Shown piece after piece: positions 11,171 to 23,100 of a stretch of 59,069 bases of DNA. Origin of the DNA: Ruditapes philippinarum (lineage: Eukaryota). The DNA lies in contig NW_026856668.1 in NCBI RefSeq assembly GCF_026571515.1, positions 496,001-555,069 on the forward strand. Direction: 5' to 3'. The notes below the pieces were generated by a model. That model did not search any database, was not told the DNA's origin, and saw only the letters and a program-made list of their open reading frames with translations. The translations under genes were made by a program, and so were the position numbers. Numbering within the stretch: position 1 is the first letter of the stretch; each line of letters begins with the position of its first letter.

Positions 11171-14100
11171 ATGGAATTTAAATCTGTAATTCAACTTCTC
11201 GTGTGTGTCGTCTGCTGTACGTCTGTTTTAGGTAAGATTGATACAATTCTATTTTATTTATTTATGTTAATATGTTGTTAATTTATCTTATCGAGATTTT
11301 CATTTTTAATTGACATAATTTACTTTCACTTTAAAAGTAATATAGATCTATTGTTAAAAACTATATAATTCAACGCGTTGTGTTTGTCGTCTGCTTCACG
11401 CCTGTTTTAGGTAAGATTCCTATAATTTTATTTTATTCAGTTGAAAATTTATTGAGATATTCATTTTTAATTGATTTAATTCAGGAATTGCGTTTCACTA
11501 CGTAATTTTACATCAGGTAGCCGACAATCGTTTGACAGAGTATTCAATTGCGTTTGAATATCAAAATTGTCCTTTGTCCGATTTTTTTTTAAATTTTCAT
11601 TCACGATTACAAATAACGTCAACAAAAATAAAAGACAACAAACTATAGTCTATATTTACAAACTGCAATTCACGAATTTATAACTTACATGTTATGTTTG
11701 TAGGCTTACATTTAATATCAATCAAAACTGACATATAAACACATGAAAATATGTTTGAAAATTTACTTTTTTTCGTTATAAATGCATTGTATGTCTTGAC
11801 CTTTGTTGATTTGACCTTTCAACCCTAACACACAACAAGTGGGTCTCTAATTACAATTTAAATTGAAATTTAATGCAAAATGTTTGCCATCGACATACAT
11901 ATCCACCCAGTGTGTTTTGGGCGTTTCAGAAAGTCGCCTCTTTTTAAAAGCAGCTTGCATAATGTATTTTTAAATCGCTTCAATTTTTTTTATATCCGTC
12001 ATTGAAATGGTAATTTGGGCATGAAGTTATATAAATATCTCAAAATAGAAAGTATCTCATTAAAATATATCGAGATCTATTATTTTTGCACGGATGGATA
12101 ATGAAATAGGTTGGTTACCATATGAAAAAACATTCAGCCGTGTATAAGAAATGTAAACGTACAATGCTAAAAATAAATGACCGTTTCGGTTAAATGTCTT
12201 GTTTATTAAGGTTTTATATGGATTGTTATCTGCCAATAAACTATTCAGTCTATTGTCCGGCTTGACACGACTCTTCTATTTGGAGGTCAAAATATCAACA
12301 GCCTGAAGGAAACATTTTGATTTTCTAGAGATACATATTTCATCCACCTANNNNNNNNNNNNNNNNNNNNNNNNNNNNNNNNNNNNNNNNNNNNNNNNNN
12401 NNNNNNNNNNNNNNNNNNNNNNNNNNNNNNNNNNNNNNNNNNNNNNNNNNNNNNNNNNNNNNNNNNNNNNNNNNNNNNNNNNNNNNNNNNNNNNNNNNNN
12501 NNNNCCATAATTCGTTTTCAACGAAACAACATTATCATGGTGAAATAAGAAGTATTCCCTTAAAATTACGGAGCTCCAGCGATAATATAAGAGCCGTCCG
12601 ACTGTACGACCTAAGCATATCGGGACATCTGTATTCCAATGGTGCCTTAACTTGTACAATATGTCAATAATTTGGTAGAAAATATCTAACGATTTTCATT
12701 ACCGTTATATTTTCAGTTTTAATTGTTAATATTTTATCGTAATATAGATTGTTTCAGCAATTAATTTTTGTGTATAGATCTGATAATCCATGTGTAATAT
12801 AATTTTTCAGGACAAGATAACTGCAATGACACAGAAACACCATGTAAGTATAATATAGTATGTATTTCATATATACTAAGTACGGATACATTCCTATGCA
12901 AGGTAACTAATCTTTTAATGGCATAAAAACTAAGTAAAGTTGTATTGTATTATCGTTTTTTTGTACTGCTGTATCGTATTGTATTTTTCTATATTGTATT
13001 GTTCGGTAATACTTCGTTATATTCCGTATTGTTTTTTTCTGTATCTGTTTTTAGATTATATAAATTTATTGTATTGCAATATAATACATTGTAAAGTCTG
13101 TTCTGTATTGTAATGATTTTTATTACAGTCTGTGTTGCATGTAATTTTACTTTACAGTACCACGCTTTGCTGTGCTGTGCTGCACAACACAACACAGCAC
13201 TGTACTGTATTGTACAGTAGTGTACAGTCCTGAGTAGTTGTACATTTTTAATTGATTGCTTTGAATGATATGTAATATGAATGTGAAAAATGATCTAAAC
13301 AAGTTAAAGCTGCACGCCTCCAGATGAGCCAAATTATTTCAAGAAATTCAATCTTTAGAAAAATAAATTAAAATCTTGAGAAAAGTAAAAGGTTTCAATA
13401 TCTAATTAATTATTGACATGTAACATGCGATTAATGACTGTTTTTGCAGTATCAATCACTATAATTCTACTGCGTTACTAACGCAGTAAGAGGTATTTAT
13501 GTATATGTTGACCTCTATTTGGTAATTTACGTGGACTGTAAGTGCCACTTGCAATGTGTAAATAACTTTCTTTGTTCACTTCACAATATTTTACTTTGAA
13601 ATACATTTTTAAAATTTTCATGAAAATTAGCATGAATCTGGAGGCATGCTGCTTTAAAATGAAGGGAGCATCTTGTTTGTTAGACATATTTATACCCCCC
13701 CACAACAAAGTTGTAAGGGGGGTATACTGGAATCAGCTTGTCCGTCCGTCCGTCCGTCCGGCTGTCCGGCCGTCCGTCCGTCGGTTTTTTCTTGTCCGCC
13801 CAATAACTTAAGATTCCTTTGACCCTTAGTCTTCATATTTGGCATGAAGGTTAGTCAGGATTAGTAGATGACCCCTATTGATTTTGAGGTCACTAGGTCA
13901 AAGTTCAAGGTCACAGGGGCCTTGACTTCAAAAAGCTTGTCCGTCCAATAACGTAAGGTTCCTTTGACCTACAGTCTTCATATTTGGCATGGAGGTTAGT
14001 CATGATTAGTAGATGACCCCTATTGATTTTGAGGTCACTAGGTCAAAGGTCAAGGTCACAGGGGCCTTGACTTCAAAAAGCTTGTCCGCCCAATAACTTA

Positions 14101-17100
14101 AGATTCCTTTGAACCACAGTCTTCATATTTGGCATGGAGGTAAGTCATGATTAGTAGATGACCCCTATTGATTTTGAGGTCACCAGATAAAAGGTCAAGG
14201 TCACAGGGGCCTTGACTTCAAAAAGCTTGTCCGCCCAATAACTTAAGATTCCTTTGACCCACAGTCTTCATATTTGGCATGGAGGCAAGTCATGATTAGT
14301 AGATGACCCCTATTGACTTTGAGGTCACCAGGTCAAAGGTCAAGGTCACAGGGGCCTTGACTTCAAAAGCTTGTCCGCCCAATAACTTAAGATTCCTTTG
14401 ACCCACAGTCTTCATATTTGGCATGGAGGCTAGTCATGTAAGTAGATGACCCCTATTGACTTTGAGGTCACCAGGTCAAAGGTCAAGGTCACAGGGGCCT
14501 TGACTTCAAAAAAAGCTTGTCCGCCCTAAAACTTTAGATTCCTTTGACCCACAGTCTTCATATTTGGCATGGATGTTGATCATGATTAGTTGATGACCCC
14601 TTTTGATTTTGAGGTCACCAGGTTAAAGGTCAAGGTCACAGGGACTTTGACTTCAAAAAGTTTGTCCAACCATTAACTTTAGATTCCTTTGACCCACAGT
14701 CTTCATATTTGGCATGGATGTTGATCATGATTAGTAGATGACCCCTTTTGATTTTGAGGTCACTGGATCAAAGGTCAAGGTCACAGGGACTTTGACTTCA
14801 AAAAGTTTGTCCACCCATTAACTTAAGATTCCTTTGACCCACAGTCTTCATATTTGGCATGGATGTTGATCATGACTATAAGGTGACCCCTATTGATTTT
14901 GAGGTCACTGGGTCTAAGGTCAAGGTAACAGGGACCTTGACAAAAAAAAGCTTTTCTTCTCAACTGCTTAAGAATGTCCTGTCCGCAATGTATTGATTTT
15001 GACATTTTCACATTTGAAGCATGTAGAATACATAACTTAGCAATGCACTGGCTTAGTAACCTCAGATTTGGCAGGGAGGTTGTCCTTGAGCTCTAAATGG
15101 CCACTGTTGATTCTGACAAAGTGGTATGCGGGGGTATTCACGCCATGATATTGGCAGTTCTAGTTACATACAGTTAGTGAACAGTTCTGAACCGTGATAT
15201 TTAGGAGAAGATTTGAACGCTAGATAGACACAAAGACTAATTAATACACTGATCATAGGCTCTGTTTTTCGTTTCCGAAAATATTTGATCATGTATGACA
15301 AAAACCATTTTCACTCAATTCCAATGTAGAATCAAGTACAACACAAGCATCTTGTTTACCATTTACTTAATATTCTATATTTCAGCAATTAAGATGTGTC
15401 AAACTACAAATAGGAATGTTCGAGCTAATACGTTTATTTACCTTGATTCTGGCGGTGCACCCATTCTAACCAAAGTTGAATGTACATGTACTTTGAGAGT
15501 TTCCGGTTCAGGATCATTCAACGTTGAATACAGGTAAGTAGAAGAGAAAGAGAAAATTTGGCGAACATTTTTTTTATATTTCTACAATTCACAATGGTGA
15601 GGTAACAGTTTGGGACACTTAAGGAAGCAGCAAACTTGTTTTTAAACCATATCCACAAAAATGAAACCGCCAAATCTTATACCGGTAAATTTGGAATTTT
15701 TTTTTGTGGAAATTGTTTAAAAATAAGTTTAATGATGAAGACAAATGCCCCATTTGTCTTAAAATATTACATGTTTATTGACCGTTTATAGCGGCAGTTC
15801 AAAAGTTTATCTTATTTTCTTATTTTTATCTGGAAGATGCACCACTACTCTATTTTTTTTAATATAGTTTTGCAACACAGTGGAGATACAGAATTCATTA
15901 TGCAGGGTAAGAACTTCTTATTACAAATGATATCTGTAAAAGAATACCTTTCCTATAGATTTAAGCTATTTGTAAGTTTGCGGTTACATGACATCCTGAG
16001 TGAATGAGTGTCAGCCATTACATTCAACAGAACAGAGCATAATCTGTCATTGTGTGTTTTATTTTAGGGCCATTGAACAAATAACGAACTGTGAAGTAGA
16101 TTTTACAATGAATGATAGAACGTGGGGTTGTCAAACAGAACAATTATCGGTACAATACCAGGGATCCAATAATTTGACTTTCATCAAGAAATTCAATAAC
16201 AGACGAAACTGGTTATCGTGTCTTGGTATTATGACCGGTAAGATTATTTTAAAATTCGACAAGATATGATTTCGTAATAAGTCCTTATAAATCGCAACTT
16301 TCAGGGTATTGCGTCTTGCAGAACAGCGTTATGGACATTTCATTAAAAGACTTAAGCGTTGTTCAAGCTAGAAAGTTATTTGTACATTCTCTGCTTTCAT
16401 GTAGATAGAACTTTAAGCTATTGACATACATTGTAATTTGTTAAAGATAATTGATAACATGTATAACCGGTTTTTTACGTATTAAATGTAATCATAGCTA
16501 AAATAAATCACGAGATAGTATCAGCCTTGTGTAATTATAAATATAGTATATGAACGATATGGCGACATCGAGGAAGCCGTTCATGTATTACGTAATACAT
16601 GATTCGTATAACTGTTTTATCGCAATATTTCTCATTTTATCATATTTTTTTGTATTGGCCTCGGTAAATTTTTTGTAGCAGAAACACCCCTCGATGCCGT
16701 CCCTGCCAGTGTTATTTCCTCGTAACTAACTCGTTTCATATACTATAATTATCAAATAATATTTAGTTACTACTAGGTGTGCTTTTTGTGCGCCAGTTAA
16801 CAATACATTGTATGTGCATGTATAAATAAACTTGTGAAAGGACGCGAAAGAAATGAACAAATAATGATTGAAATGCCAATTTTGTATAAAACATTTAAAG
16901 TATATAGGATCTGAGAAAAAAAAAAGATTGAAAAAATAATTATTACATTTACAGCTCAACACGATATGACCGTGGAATGTTACCCTTACCGAATATACTA
17001 CGCCCCAGATGAAGGTAAATTTTAATATCTTTAAACAGCATTTACACATTAAATGTTTATTTTCTGATTTAAAAATATTTTAAGAAGCAACGACACTCAG

Positions 17101-20100
17101 TCGTACTGCAAGAAGCCATGATATACTCCGTCGTCAATTTTTCAAGGCAGCGTCGGGCACTAGCTTTTATTTGGTAACTTCTTCGGTGGCTCTTGAAAAA
17201 GATTCGCAATATCTTTTAAAGGGATTTAACCCTAATGCACCGAATTTAATAATTATAAAAATATGTCATTAATGATTAAAACCTCAAAATGAAATACTTG
17301 TACCTTTTGTCCTTTATTTCTAGCAATCATTTTCTTGACAAATAAGTCCTACATAATAAAATATGTGAATTCATAATTATTTTATTGTCAATATAAAACT
17401 GACTTACTGTACCTATCAAGTTTTGATAGGTAGACTACTTACTGCGTTGACATAACCTGTCTTGTAAATTTCCCTAATGTCCTAATTTCAGTGGTTGACG
17501 GTGGTTTTAGTGACTGGTCATTCACGTCAGAATGCTCCGTAACATGTGGAACTGGGGTTCGAACTCGAGAAAGGAGGTGCAACAACCCTTATCCGAGAAA
17601 CAATGGAAGTGAATGTTTGGCTGAAGATGGAACGCGCACCTTGGTAGAGACCGGAAGTGTATCATGTGAGTCATCGTGTGAAGGTAAGCGGACCTCTTAC
17701 CCTACTGTATTAAATAAGTAATTTATTTACTCTTCGTTAAATTTAGAGCTGTCAATATTTGTTTTAAGGGTGTCCATTTAAAGATCCTGTGTGTTGCATT
17801 TTAGGTAGTTACCACACTTAAGTGAAATTTTGTATATGTATAATTATAATTATAGCTCTAAAACATAAACCAAAACAATTTTTTTAAACATCGAAGAATA
17901 TGTGAAAAATGTACTACAAATATTTGTCTACATTATATGTAATCATTATAATATATGCATACATTTCTTATTGAAAAAATTGACTTGGATTTTATAGAAA
18001 ATAAATCTCTAATTACCTCCCTTTATTAACATGAAAATGTTAATTCGGTTATACCTTTACAAATAATGCTTTTGGAACTTACAATATTGATAAATCTTCA
18101 TTTGAGCATTATATTTATGATATAAAACCATAAAAATTGAGTTACAGGATCTTTAAAACTGATAACATTTTAATTAGCTAACAATTCCGAATATGTCCAA
18201 GTCAGTATAAATGCTTGTATTAAAATCTAGATTGACTTTAACAGATTAGTTGGTTGTGTCCGAGAATGTCATGTTTTGAAGCAATGTGTTTGTAAAATTT
18301 TTCAATTTCGGATTTTTCATTATAATTATGACCGAGTTTGATTTCCTACCTTCTAAAATGGGCATGTATAATTATACGGGTTTCATATGAAGAAAAAAAA
18401 ACAACAAGGAAAATATAAACAACCCGCTCTGCAAACCAGCGTTTGACTGTTTATGTGTAGCAGAAACTTAAAATATGATAAAACTTTTGCTCATTGCACT
18501 TAGGCTTGAACGAATTGTAGTTATCCAAAAAAGATTAATATATTTGGCTGATATTATAGTGTTCTAATTTTAACAGTAAACGGCGCCTGGGGGCCATGGA
18601 TAAACACGTCCTCTTGCTCTACAACATGTGGAACGGGCTCTCTGACTCAAACACGAAGCTGTGATTCTCCAGCTCCCAATAACGATGGTGAATACTGTCT
18701 TACACTTGGAGGCAATAGGGCGCTTGAAGAGAATCGAACCATAGAATGCTTTATCATCGCTTGTCCAGGTAAAATATGCATTGCACGTCTTTGACCAATT
18801 AAATCCGACATGGGTAGAATTTTTGATGAACAGTACAAGAAATATGTCTGAGCAATAACTCTTGATTAAAAAAAACCCTTAAAAGGTCATACTCTTAATT
18901 AATGTCAGACATGTTCCTTTTATTATCCGACAGTGCCTCCAAACTTGAAACTAGGAACATGGACTGGACACTCCTTTTTTAAACTTATAGATCTTACAAA
19001 TTCTGACTCTTAGTCTAGTTGCTTGACATTTTATAACTAGCTTGCAAATTGCATATTCACAGTAGACGCACGAGAAAATCATTTTAATAGCTTGTTTTAA
19101 TACGTCATCTAACTACATGCTTTGATTCTTTCAGCATAATATACGTATGTTTTGCTTTTGTCATACGCATAAAACCTGTGCGCAGATTCTTCTATGCGTT
19201 GCTATTGAATTAGCGACTTGTAAAAAGGTCTATAATGAAATTTTGTGCAGCATTTTATAACTTTCTTTCATAACATCTCCATAAATGTGCTTAACCTACA
19301 GAATAAATGATTTATTATTTTTAGATATGTACCTTTATTCAGTTGAAAATATTTATTTGGACGAGGTATGACTAGAAATATCGCTCTTCCATTATAATAT
19401 TACATTTAACCTTTTCATCAAAACCTCGAAAAAGCCGTTGTTTCATAGAGCAAGAAACTTTATAATCATTGCTTAGTACTGGTTGGTTGCAGGAACGGAT
19501 TCGAGAGTATTTCAATAAGCTTACAGCTACCAACACAATCGAACTAAAATAAATTTGTATAAACTAAAACCTCGAAAACATAATTATGTCATCTTTCATT
19601 ACTTTCACGTTTTGATCTAAAGTATAACTTAGAAAGCGGTCAATGACAAGATTATAATGCTATAGGTCTTGATCTTCACAAAATACTAAGAGTGGCGAAA
19701 TTTTACGAGTGGTTACGAGAATTGTATCTACATGTATATCATAACGCAATATGTCTGCCGAGTTGGAAATCCTTTGATTATACAGTTCCTTTGATTATAC
19801 AGTTAAACGAGCCGTCTCGTTATTCACTATCAGACTTCTTTCAAAATTGGTATCAAATATATACATTATTTTGATTTAACATTAATATTGGTTCAACAGT
19901 AAACGGTGACTGGGGGCCATGGATAAACACGTCTTCTTGCTCAACGACATGTGGAACTGGCTCTCTGACTCAATCACGAAGCTGTGATTCTCCAACTCCC
20001 AGTAACGGAGGCGAAGAATGCCTTACACTTGGAGGCGATAGGGCATTAGCAGAGACTCGAACTGTAACCTGCTTTGAAATGGCCTGTCCAGGTAACATGC

Positions 20101-23100
20101 ATACATGTGCTGTTCTGTGATGTCCAGTGTGTGTTGTAACTTTTGTTGTAGAATTGCCACTGACATTTACCGTCATCAGTGTAGTAATATGTGTGTGTGT
20201 GAAAAACATAGCCGTACTTTAGATTGTTTATTAAGAAAGTTCAAGATTACAAATACTTATTGCGCGGGTAACATGATTAATTGTTGGTGACATGATTAAT
20301 TGCTTATTGCCTGTACTGCTTATCAATTTATAGTTACGGAACCACTTATTTCATTAATTCATTTCATTCAGTCAACTCCTTTTCTTATTAAGGCAACGGT
20401 CAAATAAAGATTGATAAATAATATATAGTGTCATTTCATCATTTAAGCATCAGTAGATGGAAATTGGTCGGACTGGGGTCAATGGACCACTTGCTCAAAA
20501 TTGTGTGGAGGGGGAACCAGGTCACAAACCCGAACATGTACAAACCCTTCACCTGCAAATGGCGGACTGCCTTGTCCTGGTGATTCGAGTCAGGCCGAAG
20601 ACTGTAATACAAATGCTTGTGCAGGTAAATACGTGCATTAATACAAAATGAGAGAAACGAAAACAATGAAGAGAGTGACACAGTCATACAGGTTATAAAG
20701 TGGACTTCCTTTATGTCTCAGTCGATAATACAGTTAATATAATTGCTCATCCTTGTACATGCTTGATACTCGGCAGCTCACAATTGATATTGCACATGCT
20801 TACACGTAGTCAAATTTTCTAATTGGTCACCTTCATCTTTTTTTACATTTTTTCTCTCTAGGAAAAGATCGGTAAAATTATAGAATGGTTGCTTTGATTG
20901 AAATTGATTCCATTAAATACCAAAATTACATGTAAAAGGTAGGTCTTGCAAACGTTTTTGGGTGAGTCTAGTTGTTATACAGGACCATCATCTTCGTTCA
21001 GTCAGTGATACTAGTATTTTAAACATTACCGATAGATGCATATTACAACAGATCAGTCGAACTAAACCAAGGATTCATCAAGTTGACTAAAGTTTATAAA
21101 GAGCATAGTGCAAAGTAATTACAAGATAAAAAGAGATTCTAGTGGTTAATTTTAAAACGGCTGGACCACATTTCTGTATCGACATTCTTGACATGTTAGT
21201 GTTTGTTTTTTGTGTTTTTTTTTCTCCAAACCATTTAGTTCCACATTTAAGAGGGGATTCATACTACACATTACGAGATGGAATCTTATTGTTTAGGTCT
21301 TTAGTAACGCATGGTTGAATTGATAAAAAAGACACTTTTCATATTTGGGTAAGTTAAAGATTACCCTGTCATCAAATGTGTTCGAAAATTTAGGTAAATA
21401 TAGCGTAAACTGTTTTTGAAACAGTACATTTTAATGCGTGACCAATTAGAAATTTGGTTGAATGTTCACACATATTTAATCTTGTCTCTATGTGACCCTA
21501 CATGATAAATTGATTGGTATTCTATTATTATTGGGTGAAGAGGTAAGATCAAAGGAGGTACAGGCCTAGTACAACACTTTAAAAAATGCTTTAGTCGAAA
21601 ATAACCACACTTTAAGAAACAGAAACGGGTGTGGCAGTTCTCGTTATTGCCTTCCTTCTTCGTTATCGATTAGAAAAAAACGTTCAGTAATGAGAAATAT
21701 ATCAATCAAAACGTTTTCTGACAGACGATACCAAAACGCTAGGTTGGTTAGCCAATCATAATTTGTTTTTAACATCTGCAAAATAAAAAATTCTATTGTT
21801 TCTGGTTTACTTGCTTAAATGCTGTCTCCTATTAATGCAGACATATTTGCTTTTGGCTTGTATTATTCTTGCACGTGCTTTTGTATCTAATGCTTCATCT
21901 TTTGCACTAGTAGTTATACAGTGTTGTTTGAGAGTGATGTTATTAATATTTGAGCCGCGTCACGACAAAACCAACATAGTGCATTTGCGACCAGCATGGA
22001 TCCAGACCAGCCTGCGCATCCACGCAGTCTGGTCAGGATCCATGCTGTTCGCTATCAGTGTCTCCACTTGTAATAGAGTTGGTAAGCGAACAGCATGGAT
22101 CCTGATCAGACTGCGCGGATGCGCAGGCTGGTCTGGATCCATGCTGGTCGCAAACCCATTATGTTGGTTTTGTCATGACGCGGTTCATTTGCTGTTTGCT
22201 TACGTACATGTGTTCAATTCTTGTTTAGTTCGTGAGAATAATTATTGCTTAAACTTACTGTTATTCCCTTAAATGCTATATCTGTTGGTAACATTGTGTT
22301 AGTGACTTACCTCAGCATCTTTGATTAACAGGAAATAGCTTCATGTTCGTACATGTCTGAAAGAATGTATTACACTCAATATAAACTGGCACGAGACTTA
22401 AACTTAAAACGTTCCCTGTTTCAGCTGTTTTCTGTCCATCTTACCTTTATGTTGCTCAGGTACTAATTTCTACGTCCAATGTAACATTATCATGTTCACT
22501 TGAATTTATCTAAAAAAAAAATTATTGACAGTTACTTTCTTTTCAATATATTATGCTGATAGTAGATTATATTATAAATTTATATCCCGGAGAAATATGA
22601 AAATTTTCGAATAAATTATAGAGCAAGAAATTGTTAAGATAATTTCCGTCAGTTCTGAGAAGTTACAAAATAAAATATGCAATTGGGTTATTCACTTGGT
22701 TTTTAATTGTGTTACATTTGCATGCATTGCTGTTAAAACAGAATTAGTTATGACGCTGGTTGTAGTTGTTGCTAGATAGATAAACAGTCACTGAAAAGAG
22801 CGTTTGAATGCTTGTAGTGAATGGTGGCTGGAGTGACTGGTCTGGTTGGGGTACATGCTCAAGTTCTTGCGGTGGCGGTATCAGAAACAGAACGAGGTTA
22901 TGCACAAACCCTCAGCCACTATATGGCGGCGCGCAATGCTTGGGCAATTCAATACAATCAGAGTATTGTGGTATTGGCAACTGTCCAATAAATGGCAACT
23001 GGAGTCCATGGTCAACTTGGAATATTTGTTCGAGAACATGTGGCGGTGGTGGATATCAAAGTCGATACAGAGCATGTGATAACCCATATCCCCAAAACGG

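Noticed and set aside
12287-12659. ORFs spanning X residues
   Set aside because: Artefacts of the N gap.
21796-22272. 158-aa ORF and the [19 protein letters not shown] ORFs (also 26189-26428)
   Set aside because: They come from the palindromic MITE in introns, appear on both strands and have no domain features.
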